In this document: piece by piece, positions 38,589 through 54,092 of the stretch | Position numbering within the stretch: the first letter of the stretch is position 1 | Layout of the letters: every line of letters starts with the position of its first letter | NCBI GenBank assembly: GCA_964016885.1 | Contig: OZ024741.1 | Location: forward strand, 30,752,001 to 30,816,000 | DNA: 64,000 nt | DNA from: Eledone cirrhosa | Taxonomy: Eukaryota | Direction of reading: 5' to 3' | The notes under the pieces: model-generated | Told to the model about the DNA's origin: nothing | Seen by the model: the letters and a program-made list of their open reading frames with translations, nothing else | Databases searched by the model: none | Position numbers and translations under genes: made by a program

Positions 38589-38645
38589 ATATAGAAAAGG
38601 ATTCAATATGACTAGAACTGTTTCATTTGGGAGAAATATATATAC

Positions 38646-38694
<49 letters not shown>

Positions 38695-38705
38695 GTATAT
38701 ATATA

Positions 38706-41700
38706 CCGTTCCAAACGGTATAACATCTCACAGGGCGAACTTCTGGCTATCCGCTCACTCCGTAGCCGAGATGAGATTGTCATCAAACCGGCGGACAAGG
38801 GAGACGCCGTGGTGCTGTAGCGCGCTGATCTCTACATGGCCGAAGCCCTCTGGCAGCTCCGTAACCCCTCTTTTACCGCACTCTAGCCTCTGACCCCACA
38901 CCCCTCTACCAACAACAAGTATCCTCCACCATCCAACACCTTGTCTCCTCCTTCCTCCTCTCTCCCACCGCTTCTCACCTCATCGTCCGCAGCCCCGCAC
39001 CCCTACTATCTACTTCCTCCCCAAACTCCACAAACCCGACAAATCCCGCCGCTCCATCGTCTCCGCTTGCAACTGCCCCACCGAACTCATATCCGCCTTT
39101 CTTGACGCCATCCTCGCCCCCCTTGTGACCACCCTCCCCTCCTATATCTCCAACACCAACCACGCCCTTCACCTGTTTGACTCCTACACTTTCCCACCTG
39201 GCCCACAGCCCCTTCTCTTCACCCTAGATATCATGTCGCTTTATACTATCATGGCCCACGCCGACGGCCTACGTACCCTCAGGCACTACCTCGACTTTCG
39301 CCCCTCTCTCATCCCCTCCACCTCTACTCTCCTTCGCCTCGCCAAGCTGGTCCTGACGCTCAACTGCTTCTCATTCTCGGGTGAGTATTACCAACAAGTC
39401 ACGGGGTAGCCATGGGCACGAGAATGGGCCCAAACTATGCCAATCCTTTCGTTGGCCAAGCTGACGCCCAAATCCTTGCCCAGTACACTGGCCCCACGCG
39501 CGAACTGTACGGTCGTTACATCTATGACTGTATCGGAGCCACGACCCTCACCCGGGAACAGCTCGACTCATTTCTCTCCTTCTTCTGCTCCTTCCACCCC
39601 TGCCTCCACTTCACCACCTCTATCTCCACCACCCACGTCCACTTCTTAGACATCTTCGTCGCCATCGAACCCTCCGACCGCTCCCTTGTCACCTCCGCCT
39701 TCTTCAAACCCACCGACTCCCACTCCTACCTCGACTTCACCTCCTCCCACCCAACACACACAAAACACTCTATTCCCTACTCTCTCAACTCCTCCGGATC
39801 CGTCGCCTCTGCAGCCGAGATGCTGACTTTGAGTTCCAGGCCCTTTCCCTAGTCAGCTATTTCATCCGCAGAGGTTACCTCCAGCCCCCCTCGCTCGTCC
39901 ACACCGCCCTCACTCGCGCCCGTGCTGTCCATCGCTCCACCACCCTCCCCCCACGCCACAGCACACCCACCCACCGTCTCCCCTTCTCCATCATCTACCA
40001 CCCCTCCACCCTACCGCTCCACCGCACCATCCACCGCCTCTTCCGAGGCCTCTAGTCCGGCCCCTCCATCTCCCAACACTTCCCCTCCCCCACCCCCACC
40101 CTCCTTCAAACGCGCACGCAATCTCCGCACCCTCCTCGCCCCCGGCCGGAACTCCCCACCCCTATTCCTTTAGCCTTCAACCGCCCTGTTTTTCCACCCA
40201 CACACACATATCCCCCACTAACACAATAACACACTCCTCCATTTCATCGCCCACATTCTTGGCCCACCCCACAATTAACAATACTAACACCCCCCACCCG
40301 GCCACGCTCGCCCAACTAACAATACTAACATCCCGCCCCTCCCCCTATCACGCACACAGCCACCTGTACATATATACAAGTACTCACACTACCCACACAC
40401 CCTACTACCACCACTAACCCTCACCCACACATCCCTTCCAAGCACCCCACAACTAATACCACTAACATCCCCCCAACCCCACGCACACGAATACACACCT
40501 TCCGACACACACACACCCACACCTACATACACCACCCACTCTACACACCCAACCACCACTAACCCTCACTAACACACCCGCAATCAAACCTTTCCCCACC
40601 ACCAGTATACTAACACCCACTAACACCCCCTTTACCACACACACAATCATCCAAACACGCACTCAAATTCCAGTACACTACACTCCCTCCACCGTCCCCC
40701 ACACCTTTTCTCTCTCTCTCCCTCTCCCCGCTCCACCCACACACCTTAACACACACACACATCCCACTAGCACCTCTACTAATACACACCCCATCCCCCC
40801 ACATTACCCCCTCCACACTCCACCTTTCGCACCTACTCATCCTCTCCCATGTCCATCTCACATCTGCACACACAAACACACAGTCCTCACCACACACAAA
40901 CCATTTCTCCACCTGTCACCCTCCTCCACTGCTATGCTTTCATCCTTCCTTGACCCTCTGACTACTTCTCCGCACACACAGTCCTCACCACACACTGACT
41001 TTCTCCACCTGTCATTCTCCTCTACTGCTATGCCTTCATCCTGCCTTGAACTGTGACCATTTCCTGGTACGCGCGCACCTCACATCTCCCCACTTCCGAC
41101 CACCACAACCAACGGATTACACACTACCGCTCATCGTTCCAGCTATCCACTCCATAACATGATAAATATCCGGCATCCCTTCGAACACTTCTCGGAACTA
41201 CCTTAGGAACTTACCCACGGACATACACTCATGATTATTTTTCGAAGCACGCCACCTACATCCAAACCACGTATAAACACCAACACACACGTCCGTACCC
41301 CCACATACACACAGTCAGCCACCGGAATCCTCCCCCTACCCGCCTCTGGCCCCTTCCCATCCACACGCACGCACACACCGACCAACACCCCACCCCACAC
41401 ACATCTTTTCTTGAACATGGAACCTCGTTCTTCCCCCAACTCTCACATTCACATACACACACACACACGTACACCTACACACACACACAAACACCACCTT
41501 CAGCCCTCCCCCGCTCAGAACCCCCACCTCCCTCTCCCTACTCCACCCGCCGCCACCCGTACACGCCCCACCACCTTCCACCACTTGTTTATCTATATGT
41601 ATATTTTTATTTTAATTTGTACCCCTTCCACCGTTTTTCCTCCCTTTTCTCTCCCCCCTTTTTTTCCTAAATATCTCTCCACCACTCCCCCACAAACCCT

Positions 41701-41840
41701 TGGAACCCTCTTCCCCCCACTTTTCTCCTGAAGAAGGGCTTATGCCTGAACCCCCCCCCCCCACACACACACTCTCAAGCGTGTGAAACTAATAAACCTT
41801 TGTTTGTACTGCCTCACTGTTTTCGTTCCCGTTCCAGTTT

Positions 41841-41845
<5 letters not shown>
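38706..41845 (+). mobile_element. Decayed PLE (Neptune-like RT) with a long C/A-rich 3' region
   Basis: IKPADKG, LPKLHKP, LFTLDIMSLYT, AMGTRMGPNYAN, RYIYD (decayed YIDD), FLDI, KPTDSHSYL and SSHP; HHR remnant CTGAAGAAGGGCTTATGCCTGAA at 41728. Confidence 0.88.
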
Positions 41846-41898
<53 letters not shown>

Positions 41899-42046
41899 AA
41901 ACAGTTAACTCAGCTGTAGAAATGACTACCGCCTGCCTGCCAAGCCAGTGGGATCGCGTTATATTAGGCTAAAACGCCACGACGTGCTGTGACCAGCGGC
42001 GTCGATTGGCGCCCGACGGACTGGTCAGTCAAAGTGATCAAGGTGC

Positions 42047-42115
<69 letters not shown>

Positions 42116-42850
42116 ATGTGTGTGTGTGTGCTTATATATAAGTAGGTACATACCTGTGTTTAAAAAGAAAAATATGAACTCAATATTTAAAGTAGACTTT
42201 TGAGCTTCTCCTTATTTTTGGGGTTGACCCTTACAAAATACAATTATTAATTTCAGACTATCGATCACTACGTAACTGGAACATTGGGATAGAATTTCTA
42301 GTTATAAAATATTCTAATTCAAAGCACTGTCTTAAGACACGACATATATTATGCTAATTCGGAACGATTTTCTTGAGATACAAATATATCATTGGAATAA
42401 CGTTCCATTGTATTTTTCCTTCGAAGAAAGAACAATGAACGGGAAGGGGAGGTAAGTAGGGACATTTATAGATGACAAAATATAGAGGAGAAAAGTAATG
42501 AGAAAATAATATATATATATATATATATGTGTGTGCGTGTGTGTGTGTGCGTGTGTGTGCGTGTGTGTGTGTGTGTATATATACTTATAGAAGAAAATAT
42601 AGGATAAAAAAGGAAAACATGCATGAAAAAGTTATTACTAATAATCTAGATATAAACGAAAAATAGATTTATGATGGGTTTTTTTTCAGTATTCTAAACG
42701 CTTATTGTTTCATATAATAGCTCATAGATCCTTCTAATACTGGCATATCATGGGCGATATTAAATAAATATTCTGACAAGAAATGCAATTTTGATTCCTA
42801 TATAAGTTTCCAAAGAATATACATTATTTCACTACTCTCTAAAGTATGTG

Positions 42851-42950
<100 letters not shown>

Positions 42951-43045
42951 GTTGTGTGTGTGTATGTGTGAAGTAATTCCGTCGGAAAGGTCCGGGAAAA
43001 AAGGGTGCTCTATGTAGGTTACAGAGCTTATAACCAACATACACC

Positions 43046-43165
43046 ATGGACCTTTATGAATTGGATTATTCAATCGAAAATATACTTACTCCTTCCAACA
43101 CAACTTATACCAAACTGCTTATAGATAAAATCGAACAAGACGTTAAAAGAATGAGATGGAAGGGC
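43046..43165 (+). pseudogene. N-terminal stub of a PLE ORF (Naiad-like)
   Basis: LDYSIENILTPS..YTKLLIDKIEQDVKRMRWK resembles the YSxKNIP...IKRMRWKA N-terminus I recall for invertebrate PLEs. Confidence 0.65.
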
Positions 43166-43197
43166 AATGGAAATAACTATATATGTATATATATATA

Positions 43198-43345
43198 TAA
43201 GTTATTCCGGGTTGAATCGGAGGTAACCACAGTAAGTATGGTACTCAATACTTAGCAGAGTATAACGGTTTTAATATAGAAGAGCTTCAAACAGGAGTAG
43301 AACTGTTTCATTCGTGTGAAATCATCAGGAAGAGCTTCTATATTA
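43198..43345 (-). mobile_element. Short solo family A pLTR with HHR at ~43285-43333
   Basis: Homologous to 18177-18311; CTGATGA-TTTC ACAC GAAT-GAAA-CAG..CTG; ends in a short duplication. Confidence 0.8.
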
Positions 43346-43348
43346 AAA

Positions 43349-43391
<43 letters not shown>

Positions 43392-43506
43392 AAACGTGTG
43401 CGTGTGTGTGTGTGTGTATATATATATATATGTATATATGAAAAAATAGATTAAGAATTTTATTTCTCGCCCTAGCACAGCTGATACATAAAGGTAAGTA
43501 TGCATA

Positions 43507-43621
<115 letters not shown>

Positions 43622-43942
43622 ATTTTTATATATACACACACATATATGTATGTACGTATGGGTTATTTCGAATATTATTAATAAAATTCGATTCGTTTTA
43701 AACAAGCGCCCCAATTAAGCTGTGTCGTGCCGATGACCAATCGTCATCCGTTTGTTCAACACTGGCATTGAGGAAGATTCAACATGTTTCTGGGCCATTA
43801 CCCTTCAGCCGATGTTTACTTAAGAAAATGTTCAACCGTTCAACAGATCGGCAGACAGTTATACGTCAGCTGAAGTGTAATTACCCAGGAACATGTTGAT
43901 TGTTCCTCATACGTACATGTGTACATGTATAAATATATATAT

Positions 43943-44020
<78 letters not shown>

Positions 44021-44195
44021 TATATATATAGTTATAACTAATAAGCTCTGTAGCCTACATAGAGCACTCTTTTTTCCTGTACCTTTCCGACGGAAATACT
44101 TCATTTACACACACATATATATATATATATATATACATACACACACATATATATATATGTGTGTGTATATGTGTTTACGTATGCATACTTAGATC

Positions 44196-44228
<33 letters not shown>

Positions 44229-44964
44229 TATTCAATAGAAAATCTGAATTCTGACACCCCAGCGAACTAACCATATTCACTGAACCAGAACAATTCTTCC
44301 ATCCCATTTCTCTTGGCCATTATCTTTTGCTTGTCATAAAATTCTCTAAATAGGCCACAGAATAGATTTCCAAATAAGGGCGCGAAAATTTAATGAAAAC
44401 TTGTTCACGTGACAACCATAATTTCATTTATAACCAATCAAATTACGTTTATTAAAAGAAAGCCTTCGTGAGCCCCCTTTTTTTTAAGTAAAAAGAAATT
44501 CAAACACTCATATATGAAAAAAACAACATGTAACCCCCTCCCCCCTTGTTTGAAGAACTTTGTAACGCGAACTGGCGCAAAATTTATTATAATTAATGAC
44601 CAACCAATCAAATTACTTCTCTAAAAACCTGGCATTTCGAGCCACTTTTTCCATATAAAACAAGTAACATTCAGAGACCAACCAGATGTGAGAAAAACCA
44701 CAGACCCTCCATCTCAACTCTACTTTTGAAAAGCAGAAGAACTGTGAAACCGGTAAAGGAACCAAATAAATATATATATATATTTTTAAATAAGACTCCA
44801 GTTGCATTTTCGATTTCATCTTTTTTTCTCATACTTTCACTCGTGTAGGACACCTCGGTTACTTTTCATTTTGTAAAAAAAACCTCACTTTCTAATATAT
44901 ACATATACATATATACATATATAGGCATTAGATGTGCAAATCAATTGTGTCTGTAGGCGGTATG

Positions 44965-45038
<74 letters not shown>

Positions 45039-46253
45039 TATATATGTATATACATACATATATACATATATATGTGTATGTGTGCGTGTGTGTGTGTGTG
45101 GGGGGTATGTGTGTGCGTGTGTGTGCGTGTGTGTAAAAGGTGAACAAAAATAACAAAACAAACGATACAGTGCATTGAAGAAATATATTAGTTTAAAGCT
45201 TGAAATAGTAGGAAGAGAGTCCTTAATTTTCGAACAGTAATCCATCATATATTAAGGCGTGTGCTAGCAGCCGAAGTGTATGATAAAGTTATATCTGTAT
45301 GAATAGAGAATGTTTAACTGAGACTGCAACAATTTGTCCAAATATAGACATTTCTGATATGTAGACATATAAACATGTATGAAGATACGGAGTCGCCTTC
45401 ATCTCAACTATAATAAGGTAAGGAGGGCGGGACTGCATCCAGAATATATTTTTTTATCCCGTTTGTAAAATAAGTTGGATTACTTTGAATACATAATGAA
45501 TGAATATTACATAATTTATCTACTAAATTTCGTGGCTGTTCATTAAATATATGTATGTACGTATACATATATGTATGTACGTATACATGCTTATATTTAA
45601 ATATATGTTATTACGTGTTTAAAGATTAACTTCTTCAACATTTTCAAATCTCAACACTTCCGGTTAGCGATCGCTTAAATAAACATTCATATATTTCCGT
45701 CACTAATTTTCTCCTAATGCAGTTTATATATAATATCGTCATTTTTTAATGTATCATGGATTACGTTACTGATTACATAAGATAGTGTAACACAGTCTTC
45801 GTTCAATTTCTGTGTATATTGTCAATTACGATTTTATTTGATGTATCATATCTACATGCATATATACTTGCGTATAATATCAATATACACACTACACATG
45901 CTAGCAGAAAACCACTCGAGGGTGATTTTTCTGCTAGTATTGATAAACATATTTAATCGAATTTCGGATCTAAATGGACCCTCAACAAACGACGTGTCTT
46001 TCATCCAATCAATAACAAGGAAACATGTAATTGATGGTTATCTATGCCCATTCACTCTTAGTATTATTTTCAAATGTACATACTAATTTGTGTCTAATTA
46101 GCGCTCGTCTCGGTAATTAATTACCATGCATGTTATGAGGTGCGCCAGCAGCCGAATAGTGTGATAAAGTTATATCTGAAATAAATAGAGAGTGTGTTCC
46201 ATGACTGTAACATTGTCTATATAAATATACACATTTTATGATCAACACATGAG

Positions 46254-46460
46254 GGCGGTGGAATGGCAGTATCGGTAGAGGGCAGGACGCCATGCTTTGC
46301 AGGAAAGAGTTACGTCCTTTTATGATCTGAGTTCAAATCACACCGAGTTTAACTTTACCTTTCATCATTACGGGGTCGATAAAATAAAGTACCAGTCACG
46401 CACTGGGGTCGATTCCGCTCCCCAAAAATGTCTGGCCTTGTGCCTATATAAGAAACCAGA
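46254..46460 (+). mobile_element. Meta-like tRNA SINE
   Basis: Homologous to 36068-36256. Confidence 0.8.
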
Positions 46461-47110
46461 AACAGAAAATAGGAATTTGAAATAGTAAATTGAAATATGA
46501 TGATAAATACGATCGCTAATTATATGCAAATTATGATGTCACCATTTTGTAGAGGGAAAATGCCTTTGTATTAAACAAAATATATCACAATATGAAATAT
46601 GTCGATGTAAGTTCGTATCCATTGCATGTAAAATATGTAGTTTCTCTCTTATCATAGATTTGTATACATCGATAAATACGATACAAATCACACGTAACCA
46701 GATATACACTAGCAGAAAAATACCTAGAAGACATGACTTCTGCTAGTCAATTTATATCAGTGTGTGAGTCTTCTGGCGGGTGAGTGTATATGTTTGTCTA
46801 TGTAGGTATGTTCAATTAAGAGGCAGTCAGCAACATACTATGCAGATTTATAGATTTATAGATAGGATAAATACAGAGAGCACGAGATAGGGAGGTGACT
46901 GAGATACAGATATAACTGGGTATATTGGATAAAGCAATTACACTACGCTTCCAACATTTAGCGCTCGTGATTTAAACTTAAAACTTTATAGCGTGCCGTG
47001 ATAGCGTGACAGACGGACATGACACTCGAACATTCACAAAAAATGCATTTTGCGAATTAAATACAGGCACACACATAAAAACAAATACATACAAACAAAA
47101 CTACACGCGT

Positions 47111-47153
<43 letters not shown>

Positions 47154-47575
47154 TACAAACAATCACACACGCATATATACAAGTCTTTTAAAAGTTTATT
47201 CGAACTTATGCGTGGAAAAATATAATTGGTGGGATTCATCTGCTAAACCCCTTCAAACTAAGACTCTTTTCTTTCCACATATTTAATCCGGCGTTATTTC
47301 AATTGTCCGAAGCACGTCTGGAAAGCATTTTCAGGAATGCGTCTCAAACTCACTGTCACCAACCACACCATGTCTTCTTTGCTCGAAAGGAAATTAGATA
47401 GGAATACATGGAATGATAATACGGAAGCAGGCGAAATAGGGAAATGTAATTCTATACCAAGAAACATTAGAGCAGCCACTACTAATATTCTGGGGTGTTT
47501 TCGGGAAGAGGCTACTAGGTGCATGAGTCCATAAATACGCTGTCATGTATACCTCAGCGGACTTTCTGATATCAA

Positions 47576-47766
47576 TATTGTTTCTACTATTGGCACAGGG
47601 CCAGTATTATCCCAGTGCATTACTGGTACTTTATTTTATCGACCTCCGTAAGAATAAAAGGCAAAGTTAACCTCGGTGCGATTTGAACTCAGAATGGCAA
47701 GGGCCGTAACTCTATGTGTCAAAGCATGGCGTCCAGCCTTCTACCGACACAGCCAATTCACCGCCC
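47576..47766 (-). mobile_element. Meta-like tRNA SINE
   Basis: Reverse-complement homologue of 36068-36256. Confidence 0.8.
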
Positions 47767-48235
47767 TGATATTAATATAACAACCGTTTCTTCGTTTTGG
47801 CTTTGCTCTGCATCTGTAGTGTACTTTAGGTGCTGGCCGTTCCTTTCCATATCGTACCCGTACCACAACCACTTATCCTCAGATAAACAAATTATTCAGA
47901 AACGCAGGAATATTGTTGGAAGTGGAGGCTGAATTGACGATACGATGAGTGAGTAGTACAGCACCTCAAACGATAGCTGCCCGACAGCGACAGACGCATC
48001 CAGCAATCTCAGCAAAAAGCACACGTGAGCATGAATATATGTGATTTCTATCTATTGCACACTTTTGTCTAACTGAATTCACTACCTCCCGCGGGCAAAC
48101 AATCTCGAAACATGTTCCTAAACATATATCACGCTCTACTCATGTATATTATGTACTCATCTCATTCAGTATGGTTTCATGTCACTACTTATTTAATAAA
48201 CCCCTTCAACACACACACACACACACACACACACA

Positions 48236-48302
<67 letters not shown>

Positions 48303-48305
<3 letters not shown>

Positions 48306-49040
48306 AATTAGTATATCTACCAACATATATATACAGATACATATCTATGCTAGCAAATATATAGGTTTTGTCTTAGTAACTTTGTGGTTCAATGCAAGGG
48401 GATGCAGAACAATTATATGAAAGACGTAATATAAGAAAATTATAAAAATTAACTTACTTACAAAAATTTCACTCCAACTAATTAGTTTCTGAAAGGGAAT
48501 AAACATGCCACTGATCGGAACAACATGGAGAAAAATCCTTTCATCATCAGGGAGGTCTATTCTCAGCTAAGTTCCCAGGCAATGCGTGGACACAGGGAAC
48601 TTATACAAAAATAATTCAGTGGATGGAAAAAAGAAAGCGAGGACTAAATTCCAGGACATTGAAAAAATCACTGCCTACTTGGTCGGTGGCAAATGCAAAA
48701 GAATCAATCACGTGACATCGAGGTTAATCAGTGAGGAGTGGGGTGCTAATATGACAGTTGCCTGACTATTACTATGAACCATAGTAGTAGTTTTGGCAAA
48801 TTTTTGCTCAACAAAATAATTTCGAGCTAATTATAAAAAAATAAGTATATCTACCAACATATATATACAGATGCATATCTATGCTAGCAAATATATAGGT
48901 TTTGTCTTAGTAACTTTGTGGTTCAATGCAAGGGGATGCAGAACAATTATATGAAAGACGTAAAATAAGAAAATTATAAAATTAACTTACTTACAAAAAT
49001 TTTACTCCAACTAATTAGTTTCTGAAAGGGAATAAACATG
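48303..49040 (-). mobile_element. Family F non-coding ~1.4-mer (~536-bp period) with HHR at 48472-48554
   Basis: 48309-48505 is repeated at 48845-49040; CTCC-CTGATGA-TGAAAGG..CCTTTCA-GAAA-CTAATTAG-TT-GGAG; (TA)n flanks. Confidence 0.85.
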
Positions 49041-49073
49041 GTTTCTAGTAAGTAAGTTATATTTTTATAATTT

Positions 49074-49199
<126 letters not shown>

Positions 49200-49458
49200 T
49201 TGCTCCGAAAGAATTGCATGTGTCCGAAGGAACCTGAAGCCGTGGAATCAGCCAGGTCCATACAGTGATCATGTCTCGAGCTACCTGTCGGAGAAACAAT
49301 TGTAACACGCAATAAACTGAGTCAGGATGCATCACTGATTTTTCGTTTTTTTTATACTATTCATACTCTGCTCTGTAAGAATATTGAGTGCTAATTTTGG
49401 CATACCGCATATGGAAGCACCATAGCTACCATTATGCAGACGTATATTTATATATATG

Positions 49459-49524
<66 letters not shown>

Positions 49525-49534
49525 TATATATATG

Positions 49535-49615
<81 letters not shown>

Positions 49616-49736
49616 CGAACAGATTAAAGTTTAAGCAAAGAATCGCTGCTATCACCCTTAATGGGAGCTTCTGAAAGCAGCAATCCTTTGCTTACACTTT
49701 AATGTGTTCTTATAATAAATATTTGCTCTACGGGTT

Positions 49737-49856
<120 letters not shown>

Positions 49857-50179
49857 AAATAAATAAAAACAAAACACTATAGATAATAATACTAATAGAT
49901 CAAGGTATGAAAGTTTCGGGAAGAGTCATAACATATCTAGAAAGGGAAATAGCCGTATTAGACGAGATATTCAGCTGAGATTCATGCCTGAGAAAAGTAC
50001 TACCTCTCATATGTAACTAACTACAAGTGAAGTTCCTAAATAAGAATAAGCTGCAATATTTTGCTTCTGTTGATATAGAAAAAGGCCTTTGACAGAGTAC
50101 ATAATGAATATAAACAGAGAGTGAAAAACGTACTTGAAAACGAATAGAAGGATGAAGAGATGTTTGGACTGTAAACTAG

Positions 50180-50925
50180 AGATAAAGTAGGCATTGCCTG
50201 GGAAAAGCGCTGATCGTGGCTTACAAATGGTGATCTGCAAGTATGCACAGAGGCTCTGGTTTGCAGCGTCTAGGAGCAGGTTCTTCGAACTAACTACATT
50301 AAACATCATGTCTTAAGTTGGCACAACGAGAAACAAAAGACGAAATGAAAATCTTGCCAGGTATATCATTTGGATGATATCTAAGAAATGTAGGTTTTGC
50401 AGGGCAACTGAATGGTGCGAGCCGAGACCAGAAAGCGTGTTAGAGAATGACAAATTGAAGCTTTTGTGGGACTTCACCATTCAATGCGATAGAATGATTA
50501 GAGTAAGAATGTCAGGATTTTTATTTGTGGACAATAATTAAAAGAGGCTCAAATTATGGAGATATCTCTCCCTGGGCATAGTAGAGTGACGTGTTATATG
50601 GAGAAGTATGATCCACCGAGGGAGGAGGCTGGCAGGTTTGGTGGGACGAAGGTTTTAGTGATCGTAGTGGTGATCGGAACATTGGGATGCATATCGGAGA
50701 GTTTTGAGGACTGTGTAAATAGAATCGGAATTGATACAAGGTTACAGGTCACGCAGAGGACAGCATTTCTTGGGACAGCGAGGATTTTAAGGAAAGACTA
50801 GTCTATGTAAGACACAGGAGAGTATACATTGAGAGACCTTTGTCTACTTGTTGACTGCTTCTAACTGAAATATCCGGATCGTTTAACATCGAAGTGTCTG
50901 GGATTTACAAGAATGAACCATAGTA
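50180..50925 (+). mobile_element. Old 3' fragment of an R4/Dong-clade LINE (RLE domain)
   Basis: PESVLEND..KLLWDFTIQCDR, EISLP, EKY, VVIGTLG and QRTAFLGTARILRK. Confidence 0.8.
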
Positions 50926-50929
50926 ATAA

Positions 50930-51770
50930 ATGTTTCTACTTTTGGCACAAGGCCAGCAATTATCAGAGTGTATTACTGGTACTTTATTTTATCGACCCCG
51001 TAAGGATGAAAGGCAAAGTTAACCTCGGTGGGATTTGAACTTAGACCATAAAGGGCCGTAACTCTTTGCTGTAAATCATGGCGTCCGACGCACTACCGAT
51101 ACTGCCAATCCATTGATCTCTACTATAGGCACAAGACCAGTAATGTGTGTGTGGTGGAGTCGATTAAAACGACCCCAGTTTATCACTGGTGCTATATTTT
51201 ATCGACCCCGTAAGGATGAAAAGCAAAGCTAACATTGGCGGGATTTGAAATCAGAGCATATAGGGTCATAACTCTATGTTGCAAAGCATGTTGTCCGGTG
51301 CCCTACCGATACTGCAAATCCACTGACCTAATAATAATAATAACAATAATAGTAGATCGATAGCTATACATTTATAAGGTCTGGTTTTCTGAGCAGTTAT
51401 ATGCTCAAGTATTATTATCAAATTTTGGCAGTGGATTGGCAGTATCGGTAAAGGGTCGGACGCCATGCTTTGCAGCAAATCGTTACGGCCCTTTATGGTC
51501 TGAGTTCAAATCTCGCCGGGGGTAACTTTGCCTTTTATCCTTACGGGGTCGATAAAATAAAATACCAGTAATACACTGGGATAATTTCTGGCCTTGTGCC
51601 AAAAGTAAAACAATTATTATCAAATATTCGAATATTAAGGTGGTGAGTTGGTAGATTCGGTGGAATATCGGAGAGTATGAGTTGTGTTCTGAGTTAAAAT
51701 ACCCCGGATCAATTTTGTGTTCCATCATTTCAAATTCAATAAATAAAGTTCAAGTCCAGTATTGGATTCG
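50930..51770. mobile_element. SINE cluster: 50930-51110 (-), 51118-51325 (-), 51428-51620 (+), decayed 51637-51770 (+)
   Basis: Homologous to 36068-36256. Confidence 0.8.
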
Positions 51771-52154
51771 ATCTTTCCTCTATAGAGCTATCTCACTTTC
51801 TCTTTCTCACTCTCCTTGTTTGCCAGGAAGAAATCTGTGTGTAGGCCTGGAGTGGGGGGAGTCCTGCCTGGTTCAACTGTCGAATATACACTTGAAATCA
51901 CTTTGGCGCTCCCATAACTGCATCAGAAACTAAGGTCCAATGTCATAGTATTCAAACATTGAAATTGTCTCGAGAGCAATAATGGATCGCTAGGAGATTC
52001 GGTGATTTTTCTTCATTCTTTACCAATAATAATTCCATATATTTTCCAAGATTTGTTTTCACTTAAATAGGGCCTATGGGAGAAAGAAGGAGGATTTCTC
52101 TCTTTATCTGGACGCCATTTATATGATTAAACAAACCAAATATATAAACAGTAG

Positions 52155-52224
<70 letters not shown>

Positions 52225-52817
52225 ACGTATATTATATGCTGTATAATGATACATGATATAACAGCATGTAGAAGCGAACAATACATCTAGCCGATAACCA
52301 ATTCAAATACGAATGATGAGACAAATATTTCGTCTCCACATATCCTCCAGATGAAATAGAATTATAATGGATTTTTAGGACAATAAACGTATATTACCCC
52401 ACATAATATCTCATATATGCATCAAATGTAATTTTATTACTCTGACATTCACAGTATTTGATAAATATTCCAGGAAGAAATGTGATTGGGTTTTCTATAA
52501 AACGTCCCTTACAGTGTTTTATTGTGCCACGGCAATGTATCAGGAGAAAATATGATATTATTTCTGGTTAATAATCTGACGAACGTATATCTTTTCCCTC
52601 TGATTTCATATATATATACACACAATTATACATGCATACACAACAAAAGACAGGGAATTATATATACACACGTATATTATTATACTGATGCAAATGTTCC
52701 GAATGTTAAGTATAGTTACTTTCTTAGCTAGAAATACGCAATTTTATAATTTATACATATATATGATTCAATTTTCAAAACACACACATACTAACATGCG
52801 CACTTACACGCACACAC

Positions 52818-52861
<44 letters not shown>

Positions 52862-52907
52862 TAATATATATATATATGTGTGTGTGTATGTGTGTGTGTG
52901 TGTGTGT

Positions 52908-52941
<34 letters not shown>

Positions 52942-52999
52942 GCATATACACACACAGACGCGCGCACACACACACACCCACACATATATATATATATAT

Positions 53000-53113
<114 letters not shown>

Positions 53114-53874
53114 CATTTTAGTTCCTTTTTTAATACGTTTTACGGTATGCATACATTCTACATGAAATCCTGCAGATATTGCCTGTTATGTATTTTTGAG
53201 TGAATGTGCACGCGAATCACCGTACACGAAAATGTGTCTTTTGTTTATACATTGCATTTTATTTTTGATAGCAGTGGTAGATAATACACCGTAATAGAAA
53301 TTCTGCGTATTTCTTTAGCTTATTACTATACAATATCTTTCTGAAGCTCTAACAAGCATTCGTCTGCACATAACAAAAAATATCCTAATGACATTTGAGA
53401 CAATAAATTCATATTACATGATATAATATCTCATATATGCATCTAATGTAATTCTATAGCTTTGAAATTTGCAATATTTTATAATATTCTCACAAGTTTT
53501 GCAATTGTGTTTCCCATGAAAATACACTTAGAATATATATTATTTTGTAGTAATGCATTCTAAGCAGGTGATATTATATGTAGGTATTAATCTATGAAGT
53601 CCATACATCTAAAACAGATCTTTCTTATTCAAGATTATGGTTTCCAGAACATGTTCAGAAAAGAAATAAGAGTTTTGAATTACAATATCTTGTGTGTGAC
53701 TCACGTGGCCTGTGTTAACCAATGAAACACCAGTTTCTTGACGCCATCTTGAATTGGAAATATGTTTTTCTTTTTCATTATAGCACAACACTATCTAGCT
53801 ATCGGTAAACATTAAGATGCGAACACAAGACCATGTTCATGCATATATTCTTGTATTCAGCATATATATATGCT

Positions 53875-53909
<35 letters not shown>

Positions 53910-53911
<2 letters not shown>

Positions 53912-54015
53912 CGGAGGAAATGTGGTAAGGAACCAGGTGGACAATAACACACCAAAGTACTCAATACTTAGGGTAGTAGAGTGGGTAATAGGAACGAGTA
54001 GGGTTCCTACTCGTT

Positions 54016-54020
<5 letters not shown>
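53910..54020 (-). mobile_element. Short family L pLTR end with a terminal hairpin
   Basis: Reverse complement of 63745-63842; ends TAGGAACGAGTAGG-GTT-CCTACTCGTTCCTA. Confidence 0.75.

Positions 54021-54092
<72 letters not shown>

Noticed and set aside
47290-48030. Possible host exons (also 35560-35990 and 53609-53800)
   Set aside because: No recognisable protein similarity or convincing splice structure; cannot be excluded without RNA data.
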